Shown: positions 1 to 12,089, counted from the whole stretch's first letter. The stretch: DNA of 63,824 nucleotides, filler included, from Ferroacidibacillus organovorans (GCF_001642725.1; 3 parts of 3 records of this genome joined end to end with filler, not necessarily neighbours in it), one strand, 5' to 3'. Made by a program: numbers and translations. Notes: generated by a model not told the origin, from the letters alone.

Positions 1-1158
1 CTGTACCTGTTCGCGTATAAAAATGGCCAGAGTGTAAACGCAAATCAGACGACGTTTCTCGTCAACAGTCCGGACGCAATCCTTGCGACGAATTCAAATG
101 AAACATGGACTCAAGGATCGAATCAAATTGCCTATGCGACATTTCGAGCGACAAAGCCAGGTGTTTACACCGTACAAGCTGCCACGAACGGTCAGTACAG
201 CGTGCCGCTCGTCATCACGGTCGGTTTGAGCCAATTGAGTGCACAGCCGTTTTCTGTGCCCACGGCGTACACAGGCATCTTGCCGCTTCCGTCAACCGGT
301 CTCACGTCGATCACTTCGGGAACGGATGGCCATGTCTCGTTTTCGTCCTATGCGCCTGTCGGAAACTGGATTCCCATTTCGGGAACAGTAAGCGGCGGCC
401 TGACATCGATCAGTATTTTGCTAAACTCAGGGAATAACTCTTGGGATTATCGCCTTCCCGTCGATGCGAGCGGCCATTTCTCAGGTATGATTGAATCTCC
501 ATTCACGGGACAGGTTGAACTCACGTATGAACCAAACTACCTTACACTGTTGACGAGCACTTCCGGTTCGCTGTCATTCAACATCGATCAAACACTGACA
601 ATCAGCGGAACGACCTTGTCGCCATCGCTTCAAGGATTGCTGCCATCTGCTGCGATGAATTCAAATATGAGCAACACATTCATGCAAACCGCTGATCAAC
701 TTTTGGAGAACAGCCCGAGTTTTGAAACGGCCATCGCTGCCATCAATAACTACGTGGCGGGTGATTTGTCTTACAATGTCGCTGAGGCATCACCTGGCGG
801 ACTGTATGTGTGGAAATCGGCGACCACGACATGGTCTGCAAAAAATGGCATCTGCGAGAATTTCGCAGAGCTCGAAGCGTCGCTCTTGCACTCCGTGGGC
901 ATCCCCGTGCAGACCGTGGGAGGAAACGCAAACGCGAATTGGACAACCCCGAATTACAATGATAAAAACGCGAGTGACGCGCATGAGTGGCTCTCCATTT
1001 ACACAGGCGGTGGCTGGTTGATTGCCGATCCGACGTGGACGGGCATGCAGGATGCAAACGGTAGAAATTTTGGAATCACGAACGAGTTTTTTACAAACAC
1101 AACAAGTTTTACAGCTACACACGCGACGTTACCCGGACAAACGGGCACGAATTTCTAA
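1..1158 (+). CDS. Transglutaminase-like domain protein, 5'-truncated by the window edge, probably extracellular
   Basis: Frame +1 is open from base 1 (LYLFAYKNGQ...). Cys-His-Asp triad motifs GICENFA, AHEW, ADPTW. Ser/Thr/Asn-rich beta-type N-terminal part. Confidence 0.8.
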   Translation: MYLFAYKNGQSVNANQTTFLVNSPDAILATNSNETWTQGSNQIAYATFRATKPGVYTVQAATNGQYSVPLVITVGLSQLSAQPFSVPTAYTGILPLPSTGLTSITSGTDGHVSFSSYAPVGNWIPISGTVSGGLTSISILLNSGNNSWDYRLPVDASGHFSGMIESPFTGQVELTYEPNYLTLLTSTSGSLSFNIDQTLTISGTTLSPSLQGLLPSAAMNSNMSNTFMQTADQLLENSPSFETAIAAINNYVAGDLSYNVAEASPGGLYVWKSATTTWSAKNGICENFAELEASLLHSVGIPVQTVGGNANANWTTPNYNDKNASDAHEWLSIYTGGGWLIADPTWTGMQDANGRNFGITNEFFTNTTSFTATHATLPGQTGTNF

Positions 1159-1159
1159 C

Positions 1160-1206
1160 AAAACCCCACCTGAGGAATAGAGGCCACAGGTGGGGTTTTT
1201 GTTTTG
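1160..1206 (+). terminator. Intrinsic terminator
   Basis: AAAACCCCACCTG...CAGGTGGGGTTTT inverted repeat followed by a T-tract, right after the stop codon. Confidence 0.8.
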
Positions 1207-1271
1207 AACATCCCTCCACCGCGTTTGATGTGCTAAACTTTAATAAATGCAGATGCACAGGAGGGGTCACG

Positions 1272-2129
1272 ATGAATAAAAAGGTTGTCGTCACTGGCGG
1301 TTCAGGGTTATTAGGTCCTTTTGTCGTCAAAGAATTTCTTGAGCACGGCTATGATGTGTTAAATGTGGATACAAAGTTACCGCGCGAAGCGCTCTGTCCG
1401 ACTGTGATCACTGATCTTACTCAATTGGGGCAGGCGTATGGTGTCTTACAAGGCGCGCACGCTGTCGTACATATGGCTGCCATCCCCGTCGCCTACTCGC
1501 ACCCGAATGAAGTCACCTTTCAAAACAATGTCATGTCAACCTACAACATCTTGGAAGCTGCCGCAGGACTCGGAATAAAGAGAGCGGTCACAGCGTCGAG
1601 TGAATCTTCTTATGGTATCGTATTTGCCGTTCATCCATTCTCGCCCCAGTATGTCCCTATCGATGAAGATCACCCACAACTGCCGCAAGACGCGTACGGT
1701 CTCTCAAAAATTGTGAATGAGAAAACAGGCGACATGTTTTACCAACAAACTGGCATGCAAGTTGTCTCGTTTCGCATCGGAAATATTATCACGCCTGCGA
1801 TGTACAAGCGATTTCCTGAGTTTATTCACCAACCGGAAGAGCGTGAACGCATTCTTTGGAGCTATGTCGATGCGCGCGATGTCGCATCTGCGTGCCGACT
1901 CGCCGTTGAGTGCGACGGACTGGGATCGATTGCGATCAATCTCGCGGCGGACGATACCAGCATGGACGTCAAGAGTCGCGATTTGATGCGTGCGCGCTAT
2001 CCTGATGTGACAGACTTTCGCGAGTCGCTCGACGGCTTCGAAACGCTGCTCAGCAACAAACTCGCAAAAGAGCGACTCGGCTGGCAACCCGCCTATTCAT
2101 GGCGTGAAGAAGTCGAAAAAACACAATAA
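1272..2129 (+). CDS. NAD-dependent epimerase/dehydratase (extended SDR)
   Basis: TGGSGLLG Rossmann motif, YGLSK catalytic motif, RBS GGAGGGG before ATG 1272. Confidence 0.9.
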   Translation: MNKKVVVTGGSGLLGPFVVKEFLEHGYDVLNVDTKLPREALCPTVITDLTQLGQAYGVLQGAHAVVHMAAIPVAYSHPNEVTFQNNVMSTYNILEAAAGLGIKRAVTASSESSYGIVFAVHPFSPQYVPIDEDHPQLPQDAYGLSKIVNEKTGDMFYQQTGMQVVSFRIGNIITPAMYKRFPEFIHQPEERERILWSYVDARDVASACRLAVECDGLGSIAINLAADDTSMDVKSRDLMRARYPDVTDFRESLDGFETLLSNKLAKERLGWQPAYSWREEVEKTQ

Positions 2130-2189
2130 AGAATGTTCATGGAAGAAACGGGATTTTCCTGCGCATGATTGCTCGTCGATCGTAAAAAG

Positions 2190-2229
2190 AAGGAGATGGA
2201 TGCTGCACTGTGACAGCGTCCATCTCCTT
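2190..2229. terminator. Probable bidirectional terminator between convergent genes
   Basis: AAGGAGATGGATGCTG / CAGCGTCCATCTCCTT stem. Confidence 0.7.
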
Positions 2230-2270
2230 TCACTTCTTGAACCTTACCTGACCTCTTTTTGAACGCTCAC

Positions 2271-3983
<1,713 letters not shown>

Positions 3984-4103
3984 AAAGAAATGCCTCTCTT
4001 TCTCTACGCCGAACGCTTAACCCATCAGGTTAAAACGGCGATTCTTGTATAAAGATACCATCGGCGGAAAATGCGGACAAGGGTCAATATCGTAAATCGG
4101 CGA

Positions 4104-5456
4104 TCACAAATGGGGTGATCGATGAAGTTGTCGATACGATTGAACAAAGATGATCAGTGCGTAGATGATCATCATCGCTTCATCCAACCAAATCGTCGAC
4201 GTTGTCCCAAACGCGCGAAGGATAAACACACTGAGCGACCCGATGAAGAGTGTAACGACCATAAAACGAATGTATGCAATCATCCCCTCGCGTTTACGAC
4301 ACGTTACAGCCCAAAACAGGGTCAATGAAATCCCTTGAATGATCCAAAATAAAGGTGGACTCACAAAAACAAATCCGCCCGCGCTCACTGCAAAACTCGC
4401 GAGAAGTGTGCGTGTTCCGCGCACAGCGCGCTCTTCGACAACCAATACGGCGAGTGGAATTGCCAACACCGAAAAATCCGTTTCGTGAGCAAACGAACTG
4501 AGCAGCAGTCCTCCCGACAACGCCAGTCCCACACGCCAGATGTCCTCACTCGCATTCTCGCGGTTTTTTGCTGAAACCCTGACCAGCGCACGCATAAAAA
4601 ACAGAAAAATCACGAGCGAACACGCGATGGCGAGGAAATAGATGACATCATGCGGAAGTGGGAGACGTTTCCAAAGCGACCAGAGCGATGCTTGTCCACT
4701 GTCATTCGTTGTAGCCGCCTGCCGATGCAAGAGGCGTGTTAGCCACTCTGCAAGAAGATTTGACTTCGCCATCCAGCTGCTCACGAGAAAGATGACCAGT
4801 TGAGTGACCACAAACACCATCAGTTGAAGGATGCTGCGATCAATCAAGAGAAGCAGAAGCAGTGGTAGACACAGATAGAGTTTAACCTGAAAGAGAAGCG
4901 TGAGCCCAGGTAGAATCCAACTCGTTTGTCCACGCGTACGTGACGAATGCAGCGTGTATCCTGTCAAAAACAACGCGACACCAAGCATCGATAAGATGTC
5001 CACTTGGGAGAGCAACAATGTCTCGCGTACGGATGTCATCGCGAGAAACAGGAGCCCGATGGAGAACCATGATCTCTGATGAAGATGTGGCGTAACGAGC
5101 CGAAAGTGATCCATTACGCGCATTGTCAGCCATGCGGTAAAACTGAGCGAAAGTAGATTGAAGGCCTGAAAAAGCTGAATAGACAGAGCGTGTGGAACGA
5201 GCGCAAATGGCGCCATCAACAGCGCGAGAAGCGGTCCGTTAAGGTACGGACCATACGACGCCCCGCCGTTAACCTGATAAGGAGAACCACTCGAGAGGAC
5301 TGCCTGACCAGCGCGATAAAAGGTTTCATAATCGATGGGCCAACCCGCCGCGCGAAAGATCAACCATGTGATCCAGAGAAAGATAAAAAAGGTAAGCGCC
5401 ATGTATACGTTTGAAGGTTGTGCCATACGTTTTACACACAAATGAATCCACCTCAC
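4104..5456 (-). CDS. Glycosyltransferase family 87 (DUF2029) membrane protein
   Basis: DYETFYRAG...SPY...YLNGPLLALLMAPFALVP and SQVD pattern typical of GT87; many TM segments. Confidence 0.7.
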   Translation of the reverse strand: MRWIHLCVKRMAQPSNVYMALTFFIFLWITWLIFRAAGWPIDYETFYRAGQAVLSSGSPYQVNGGASYGPYLNGPLLALLMAPFALVPHALSIQLFQAFNLLSLSFTAWLTMRVMDHFRLVTPHLHQRSWFSIGLLFLAMTSVRETLLLSQVDILSMLGVALFLTGYTLHSSRTRGQTSWILPGLTLLFQVKLYLCLPLLLLLLIDRSILQLMVFVVTQLVIFLVSSWMAKSNLLAEWLTRLLHRQAATTNDSGQASLWSLWKRLPLPHDVIYFLAIACSLVIFLFFMRALVRVSAKNRENASEDIWRVGLALSGGLLLSSFAHETDFSVLAIPLAVLVVEERAVRGTRTLLASFAVSAGGFVFVSPPLFWIIQGISLTLFWAVTCRKREGMIAYIRFMVVTLFIGSLSVFILRAFGTTSTIWLDEAMMIIYALIIFVQSYRQLHRSPHL

Positions 5457-5502
5457 ACTCTGATTATTTAACAGAAGACATATTATGTTAAAATAAATTA
5501 CA

Positions 5503-5529
5503 TTTTGTGTAATATTATATTACACAAAA
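5503..5529. promoter_or_regulatory. Perfect 13-1-13 palindrome, operator-like
   Basis: TTTTGTGTAATAT-T-ATATTACACAAAA in an AT-rich divergent intergenic region. Confidence 0.5.
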
Positions 5530-5664
5530 AATGATAAGTACTTAATTCAGCATCATATATCTTGACGGATCGACGAAATAGAAGCTATTATTAAGAAAAT
5601 AAAACGAAAATGTGATCTATGCACACCTTTTGTGTAAGAATAGATCACACAAGGGGGAAAATCC

Positions 5665-5835
5665 GTGATACTCGCCGATAATTTTAAAACAGTCATTATC
5701 GCTCGCCGGGCAAACCAGACAGACCCCGAGGCGTTGGCGCAAATCAAGGATCTACTCCGCACCAATCAAATAAAAATTGTCGATGTCAAACGCAGTCCAG
5801 AGCAAATCTCGATTGTTTATCGTATTATCTCCTAA
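5665..5835 (+). CDS. Small protein absent from the ORF track (56 aa)
   Basis: RBS AAGGGGG 7 nt before GTG; MILADNFKTVIIARRANQTDPEALAQIKDLLRTNQIKIVDVKRSPEQISIVYRIIS*; shorter than any ORF listed in the track. Confidence 0.6.
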   Translation: MILADNFKTVIIARRANQTDPEALAQIKDLLRTNQIKIVDVKRSPEQISIVYRIIS

Positions 5836-7054
5836 CTGCGAGCGGCAGCGTAAACGGTCCCCGGAAAACAGTAGAATCACGCCAATCTATCTTTTCGCCA
5901 ACGTGTTCAAGCGCAGTCCATTCTTCAAACAGTACGCGAAGCGCAATCTCCCCTTCGGCGCGCGCCAGGGGAGCTCCGATACAAAAATGCGCACCCGCCG
6001 CAAAAGCCAGATGGCGATTCGGCGAGCGACGTAAATCCATCCTGTCGGGATCTTTAAACTGCGCAGGGTCCCGATTCGCCGCAGCAAGGGAAACATTGAC
6101 TTCGTCGCCCCTTCTGAATTGCGCTTCACCGATCATTACATCTTCAGCGACGAATCTCGACGTTAATTGCACCGGGCTCTCTATACGTAGAAATTCGTCA
6201 ACGGCGGTCGGAAATAATTCTTTATGCAAAAGAAGCTCCTGTCGCTTATCTGGCTCCCTCAGTAACAAATAAACCGCGTTGCTTATGAGATTGACTGTCG
6301 TCTCATGCCCAGCAAACAGAATAAGAACGCATGTCGCGATCATCTCATCCTCTGACAGGCGATCGCCCCGCTCTTCCGAAGCGATCATCGCGCTGATTAG
6401 ATCATCGCGCGGCGCAACACGTCTCACCATTAATAAATCGCGGAAATAATGCATCATTTCGTGCGCAATTTCACTTCCACGCGCGAGATCATCTTCGGAC
6501 ACATCTGAAAGATCAATAAAGCGAGCGAGCACAGTCGACCATTCGCGAAATAAATCACGGTCTTCCGTTGGAACGCCCAGCATTTCAGCGATGACCGCCA
6601 CCGGAATCGGAAATGCATACTCCGCGACACAGTCAAAGCGGTCCTTTTCTCGCAGTGACGCGACCACCGACAGCGCAATCGCTTCAATTCTCGGCCGCAT
6701 CGATTCGATCATGCGAGGTGTAAACGTTTTATTTACAAGCCCGCGCAATCGGGTGTGTGCAGGCGGATCACGGAAGAGCATCCATTTTTGAAACATTTGA
6801 AAAATCGCAGGTTCACGCTGTCCACTCACCCATCGCTCTTCTTCAGGAAGGAGTGAACGCCATTCTTTGATAAAACGCGAGTCTTTCAAGACAAAGGATA
6901 CGTCATCGTATTTTGTCAGGAACCAGATGCGCGCGCCATTTTCATAGGTTTGTAGATACTGCGGCTGCTTCAACCGCAGATCCTCAAGAATTGGATAGGG
7001 ATTGTCGCGATAGGTGGGTGATTTCAATTGTTCCGTCAGATCAAGTTGCGGCAT
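5825..7054 (-). CDS. Cytochrome P450 (CYP107/BioI-like)
   Basis: AGHETT I-helix, EFLR, heme ligand motif FAAGAHFCIG; RBS AAGGGGG before ATG 7054. Confidence 0.95.
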   Translation of the reverse strand: MPQLDLTEQLKSPTYRDNPYPILEDLRLKQPQYLQTYENGARIWFLTKYDDVSFVLKDSRFIKEWRSLLPEEERWVSGQREPAIFQMFQKWMLFRDPPAHTRLRGLVNKTFTPRMIESMRPRIEAIALSVVASLREKDRFDCVAEYAFPIPVAVIAEMLGVPTEDRDLFREWSTVLARFIDLSDVSEDDLARGSEIAHEMMHYFRDLLMVRRVAPRDDLISAMIASEERGDRLSEDEMIATCVLILFAGHETTVNLISNAVYLLLREPDKRQELLLHKELFPTAVDEFLRIESPVQLTSRFVAEDVMIGEAQFRRGDEVNVSLAAANRDPAQFKDPDRMDLRRSPNRHLAFAAGAHFCIGAPLARAEGEIALRVLFEEWTALEHVGEKIDWRDSTVFRGPFTLPLAVRR

Positions 7055-7056
7055 GG

Positions 7057-7959
7057 TCAACCCCCTTGTTGATTTCTTGCCATTTTTCGCGTCACATCGA
7101 GAAACTGGCGGATCTGCGCAGAGTCATCTGCCGCGCGCCAAGCGATGGACATTTCAATCGTTGGAACTTCTCCTTCAAGCGGAATGAAAACGACATCCTC
7201 CCGCTTAAAAATTGCAGCTGACGATGGAACGATAGAGATTCCGAGTCCGGCCGCGACAACGCCCAATACGGTCTGAAATTCAGCTGCAGTCAACTCGATG
7301 TTCGGATCAAACCCTGCATCCGAACACTTTGCAAGTATCTCATCATAGAATCCTGACCACGTGCTTCGCGCCAAAAGCACCCACGATTCCCCGCCTAAAT
7401 CACTCAATCGCATTACGGCGCGGTGGGAGGATGGGTGCATTTTGGGAACAGCGAGAACTGCGCGATCACGATAAAGTGTCTCTACCCGCAAATCGTGGGA
7501 CGCGATAGGAGGGCGAATAAATCCGACGTCAATCTCCCCCTTTAATAGGGATTCCACCTGACTCGGCGTTGGAAGTTCACGCAAATGTACATAAACCTCC
7601 GGATAGGCGGCGCGGTACTCGCGAATCGTGAGTGGCAAAATGTCATACGTGGCCGATCCTACAAACCCAACTGCGATACGCCCCACTCGTCCCGCACCAA
7701 CATCGTTCGCGAGTCGTTTCGCTCGTTCAGCATGCTTTAAGAGGGATCTTGCCTCTGGGAGAAAGGCGCGACCCGCCGGCGACAATTCCACGCGGCGCTG
7801 CGTCCTGATGAACAAAGCCGTTCCCAGTTCCCGCTCCAGTTGTTGAATTTGTTGACTGAGCGGAGGTTGTGTCATCTGCAATCGCTGCGCCGCTCTGCCG
7901 AAATTCAATTCTTCAGCAACCGCAATAAAATATTCGAGATGTCGAAACTCCATACGCAT
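7057..7959 (-). CDS. LysR-family regulator (AlsR/CidR-like)
   Basis: FIAVAEELNFGRAAQRLQMTQPPLSQQIQQLE HTH; divergent from cidA/lrgB-like genes. Confidence 0.95.
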   Translation of the reverse strand: MRMEFRHLEYFIAVAEELNFGRAAQRLQMTQPPLSQQIQQLERELGTALFIRTQRRVELSPAGRAFLPEARSLLKHAERAKRLANDVGAGRVGRIAVGFVGSATYDILPLTIREYRAAYPEVYVHLRELPTPSQVESLLKGEIDVGFIRPPIASHDLRVETLYRDRAVLAVPKMHPSSHRAVMRLSDLGGESWVLLARSTWSGFYDEILAKCSDAGFDPNIELTAAEFQTVLGVVAAGLGISIVPSSAAIFKREDVVFIPLEGEVPTIEMSIAWRAADDSAQIRQFLDVTRKMARNQQGG

Positions 7960-8080
7960 CCCTCACGATACGAATTATATATGAATAACCCTTCATTGAT
8001 ATATTAGACGATCTCCATTTTCCGCGCTACACTACACCCAAGCAACTCTCCAAAGACTACTACCAGAATGAGGTAACGTC

Positions 8081-8458
8081 GTGACACCTGTCAAGAAAAT
8101 TCTACGAACAAGCTTCCAAATCATACTCATTTGGGCATTTTCGCTCATCGGTTCATGGCTTTCAAAGCGCTTCTCACTCCCGATTCCTGGTAGTCTCATC
8201 GGAATGGCGCTTCTCTTCATCGCACTCAAAAAAAACTGGTTGCCCGTGCGCTTCGTCGATGCAGGTTCATCTTTCTTACTCGGGCAGCTCCTGCTCTTTT
8301 TTATTCCTTCCGCCGTCGGCATCGTAAACGAAGGCGCCTTAATTCGCCAAGACGGCTGGCAGATGCTCCTGATCATCGGCGTAAGCACACTGCTTGTCAT
8401 GCTCATGACCGGATTTGTCGCAGAACGAGTTGCGCGCTCGAAGGCGGTGCGCACATGA
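8081..8458 (+). CDS. CidA/LrgA family holin-like protein
   Basis: LPIPGSLIGM, LLLFFIPSAVGI motifs; 4 TM segments. Confidence 0.92.
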   Translation: MTPVKKILRTSFQIILIWAFSLIGSWLSKRFSLPIPGSLIGMALLFIALKKNWLPVRFVDAGSSFLLGQLLLFFIPSAVGIVNEGALIRQDGWQMLLIIGVSTLLVMLMTGFVAERVARSKAVRT

Positions 8459-9147
8459 CCGCGTGGGGATTCGGGTTGATTGGCACATGGCTTATCTTTC
8501 TTGCGACTCGTCGCGTCTACCGCATCGCGCAAAGCGCGCTACTAAACCCGATGGTGACGAGTGTCGCAGCACTCAGCGCCATACTGCTCTTCTTTCATCT
8601 GCCTTATTCATCCTGGTCGACCGGCGCCCACTGGTACACTGCGATGTTAGGCCCCGCGACGGTCGCCTTTGCAGTGCCGCTGTATAAACACTTTGCAACA
8701 CTGAAACGCCATGCCCTTGAGATGAGCGCCGCACTGCTGGCAGGTTCAATCACTGCGATCCTTTCAACGATCGCGCTCGCGCGCGGGCTCCATCTGTCAA
8801 ACCTCATGGTCGACAGTCTTGCACCGCGCTCCGTCACCACGCCGATTGCGATGGCCGTTTCCAACCGAGTTGGTGGCTCACCTGATTTGACTGCGATCTT
8901 TGTCATTCTGACAGGCGTTATCGGCACGCTCATCGGTCCGAAACTCGTGCGTCTTTTGCGCTTGAAACACGGAGTCGCAATCGGCACCCTCCTTGGCATG
9001 GGCGCGCATGGAATCGGCACCGCGCGCGCCTTTGAGTTTAGCGATCTCATCGGAACGATTTCCAGTCTCACCATGATCATCGCTGGCTTTGTCGCCTCAA
9101 TCGCGATACCGATTGCTGTGTTTCTCTTCAACATTTCTCCAAAATGA
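8455..9147 (+). CDS. CidB/LrgB family protein
   Basis: LGPATVAFAVPLY, LAPRSVTTPIAM, GMGAHGIGTARA; ATGA overlap with the cidA-like gene. Confidence 0.93.
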   Translation: MTAWGFGLIGTWLIFLATRRVYRIAQSALLNPMVTSVAALSAILLFFHLPYSSWSTGAHWYTAMLGPATVAFAVPLYKHFATLKRHALEMSAALLAGSITAILSTIALARGLHLSNLMVDSLAPRSVTTPIAMAVSNRVGGSPDLTAIFVILTGVIGTLIGPKLVRLLRLKHGVAIGTLLGMGAHGIGTARAFEFSDLIGTISSLTMIIAGFVASIAIPIAVFLFNISPK

Positions 9148-9199
9148 TAGGTAAAACATACCTTTGCGAAGGGGAAAACGTAAGAATCTCTGATACAAT

Positions 9200-10741
9200 A
9201 TGGACATGAGTGAAGCATACAACCTCTTGACGCGTCGGCTCCTCCGCTCTTATCTCGCAAGCTCCACGGTTGCCGTTCTCGGTGTCGGAAGTTTATTTAT
9301 CTTTGCAACCCTTCACATCCAGGCGCGCGCTGTTCTATGGATCACCGCGATTTTATTTGTATCTTTTCTCACAATGGTCAGCGCAGAACTTTTGGTTTAC
9401 CGCTACCACATGGCTCCAATCCGACGCGCACTCAGCGAATCGTGCACGGAAAAAGAACTTCGAAAAGCCTATCTGCGTACACACCAACTTCCACAGCTAA
9501 CCGTGCTTCGCATCATGGGGCCTCATCTCTTTGGTGTTTCGGTTCCCGCGCTCTCCCTTTCTGCCTGGGCAATCGCACGCGGAGATCTTAACCTCTCACC
9601 GTCGGATCTTCTGAGCGCCGCCGTCGGCGCTGTTCTCGTCGCAACGATGCACGCGTTAATCGAGTATTATCTCACCACGACTGCTGTATCGCCAATGCTT
9701 GAAACGCTCATTGAGACTGGCGAAAAAAGAGGGATTTCTTTGAGTCTTGAAGGTCGGATTCTCGTTTCCCTGCGCATGAAACTGATCATAAGCCTCGTTC
9801 TCCTTGGAATCTTCCCTTTAATACTCTTTACACTCGCGAATGCAATACGCCTCGCGCAACAAAACTCTGCACTCACCGTGGGTTATTGGCAGTGGGCCCT
9901 TCTCATTCTCCCTGTCAGCATCGCAATTTCTATCCTCGGGGCCATTCTACTTTGGCGAAACATTTTCATGCCTATGGAACTCTTGCAAAAATCGTTGCGC
10001 GAGATTGAACAAGGTCGCATGGATAAAGCTGTGCCTGATCCCTTTTCAGACGAATTCTCGCGACTCATCGCCGGAATGAACCACATGCGCAAGGGATTGC
10101 TTGAGCGTGATCGCGTGAACGCCAGTCTTGTTGAAAGTTACTTTGCAACGCTCGCCACAGCGCTTGACGCGCGCGATCCATATACGGCAGGTCACTCTCT
10201 GCGCGTAGCGCATTATGCATGCACCATTGCCGAACTATCGGGTGAATCGGCCGTCGTTATCGATCGCGTAAAACGCAGCGCACTGTTACACGATATTGGA
10301 AAAATCGGCGTTCGAGACGATGTGCTTCTGAAACCCGATCGCCTAACCGAGGACGAGTTTGAACAAATCAAAAAGCATCCCGAACTCGGCGAAGCGATCT
10401 TGAAACAGGTGCAACCCGAAGAAGCGATGGCTCCCCTGTTGCCGGGTGTCCGCTCACACCACGAGCAATACGACGGACGCGGATATCCAGATGGACTCGC
10501 GGGTGAACACATCCCAAAACTCGGACGCATCATTGCGGTGGCGGACGCGTTTGACGCCATGACGTCAGACCGTCCGTATCGAGTGGGAATGGATAAAGAA
10601 AAGGCGCTTCGCATCATGCGAGAGGGGGCAGGCGTTCAATGGGATCCGTTTTACACAGAAGTTTTTCTGGAGTGGGCAGAGGCGCGATGGACGCGCGAGA
10701 TGTTGCTTGATTTGACGGCAGTCACAAAGCTGCAATCATAG
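9200..10741 (+). CDS. Membrane HAMP + HD-GYP phosphodiesterase
   Basis: Multiple TMs, HAMP (DEFSRLIAGMNHM), DARDPYTAGHS, LLHDIG, HHEQYDGRGYP. Confidence 0.9.
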   Translation: MDMSEAYNLLTRRLLRSYLASSTVAVLGVGSLFIFATLHIQARAVLWITAILFVSFLTMVSAELLVYRYHMAPIRRALSESCTEKELRKAYLRTHQLPQLTVLRIMGPHLFGVSVPALSLSAWAIARGDLNLSPSDLLSAAVGAVLVATMHALIEYYLTTTAVSPMLETLIETGEKRGISLSLEGRILVSLRMKLIISLVLLGIFPLILFTLANAIRLAQQNSALTVGYWQWALLILPVSIAISILGAILLWRNIFMPMELLQKSLREIEQGRMDKAVPDPFSDEFSRLIAGMNHMRKGLLERDRVNASLVESYFATLATALDARDPYTAGHSLRVAHYACTIAELSGESAVVIDRVKRSALLHDIGKIGVRDDVLLKPDRLTEDEFEQIKKHPELGEAILKQVQPEEAMAPLLPGVRSHHEQYDGRGYPDGLAGEHIPKLGRIIAVADAFDAMTSDRPYRVGMDKEKALRIMREGAGVQWDPFYTEVFLEWAEARWTREMLLDLTAVTKLQS

Positions 10742-11506
10742 ATTCCCTTCTCTGATTTGATCGAGTCGTTTGCGCACGTTTCGACCCATCCAGAATACAA
10801 AAAGGATGGGAACGCCACTGACGAGAGCTATTCCCCACACACCTGTTGTAACCCCAACATAGAGCAGCACAGCCATCAAATAGTAAGGGAGAATAGACAC
10901 CGCCGCAGTCCAGACATAAGGAAACAGAGTCATCGAGGGCAGCAGACCTGCGGCGTAATTAAAAACTACCGCCGGAATTGGCAAGAGGCGCGCCATCAAT
11001 AACCCCAAACTCCCAGATGATTCAATAAAGGTCATTGCAGCGCGAAATGCAAGTGGCATTCGTTTTTTCTGATCGCGTTCAAGCGTGCGCATGCTCCGCG
11101 CGATCCAGTAAACCAACATCGTGCTGATCATGAAGCCAATCCACGCATAGATCAGGCCGCCCGCGAGTCCGTAGACCCGCAGAAAAACGAGGAGCACCCC
11201 TTCTGACGGAACGGGCGTGACGCACCAGAGCGCCATCAAGCCAATCGCCAGAAAGACGCCAAACGATCCGGCACTGCGAATCCACAGCGACAGTTCGCCA
11301 CTTCGGTCTGCGAGATAAAAAGCGACAACCGAGAAAAAGGCAATTACGCTAAACAAAATCCCCAGCCATAGTGTACGACGCTTTTGCAAAAAATTGCGAA
11401 GCGAGCGTTGCACAATGTGAGCTATACCGGGCGAATGCACCTTTTTCGGCGTCTCCTGATCAGATTTCATGCGCATAGCGTCAGCGTGTGACATTGTCGC
11501 CATCAC
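10736..11506 (-). CDS. TVP38/TMEM64 (DedA/VTT) family membrane protein
   Basis: PVPSE re-entrant motif, RLLPIP..FNYAAG. Confidence 0.8.
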   Translation of the reverse strand: MMATMSHADAMRMKSDQETPKKVHSPGIAHIVQRSLRNFLQKRRTLWLGILFSVIAFFSVVAFYLADRSGELSLWIRSAGSFGVFLAIGLMALWCVTPVPSEGVLLVFLRVYGLAGGLIYAWIGFMISTMLVYWIARSMRTLERDQKKRMPLAFRAAMTFIESSGSLGLLMARLLPIPAVVFNYAAGLLPSMTLFPYVWTAAVSILPYYLMAVLLYVGVTTGVWGIALVSGVPILFVFWMGRNVRKRLDQIREGNL

Positions 11507-12089
11507 TGTGCAATGCGTTCCCCATGCGAAACAACCGCATCATCCAATCACTGAATGGACGTACCTTCTTCTCAAAGCGACGGATGACGAGACTGGAGAG
11601 AAGTCCAACGACAAAGCCCGCAATGACGTCTGTCGGCCAGTGCACTCCGACGTAAACGCGCGCGATCGAGACGATGATGGCAATGATCATAAACCCATAG
11701 CGATAGATGCGCGGTCCGTATTTTTGCACACCGAATGCAAACCCAAAGCTGCCTGCCGCGTGATCGCTCGGAAAGGATGAGTCAGCGACATGCGGAATGA
11801 GTTGATGGTAAGAGCCTGGCGGCAATGCGACAAAGGGTCGCGGCCTGTAAAACGCATGGCCGATGAGCACATTGATGATCAATGCGAGCACGCCTGACAG
11901 CGCACTCAGGACGAGACCGTGTCGACCATCCCGATCCGCTTTTGGCAAGACAAACCAGCCGATGATAAAGAGCGCACCATAAAGATAGGGCGCGCCCGTT
12001 GCAAAAAAGATCATGATCGCATCAAGCAGCGGTTGGTGACCCGCGATGTTATTCACCGCGTGAAACACCGTTACGTCAAACGGATTCAC
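11481..12089 (-). CDS. bcrC: PAP2 undecaprenyl-diphosphate phosphatase (BcrC-like)
   Basis: RPRPF, SFPSDH, ARVYVGVHWPTDV PAP2 motifs. Confidence 0.85.
   Translation of the reverse strand: MNPFDVTVFHAVNNIAGHQPLLDAIMIFFATGAPYLYGALFIIGWFVLPKADRDGRHGLVLSALSGVLALIINVLIGHAFYRPRPFVALPPGSYHQLIPHVADSSFPSDHAAGSFGFAFGVQKYGPRIYRYGFMIIAIIVSIARVYVGVHWPTDVIAGFVVGLLSSLVIRRFEKKVRPFSDWMMRLFRMGNALHSDGDNVTR

Noticed and set aside
9148..9199. Possible c-di-GMP riboswitch upstream of the HD-GYP gene
   Set aside because: Only vague GGTAAA/ACGTAAG similarity, with no room for the second stem
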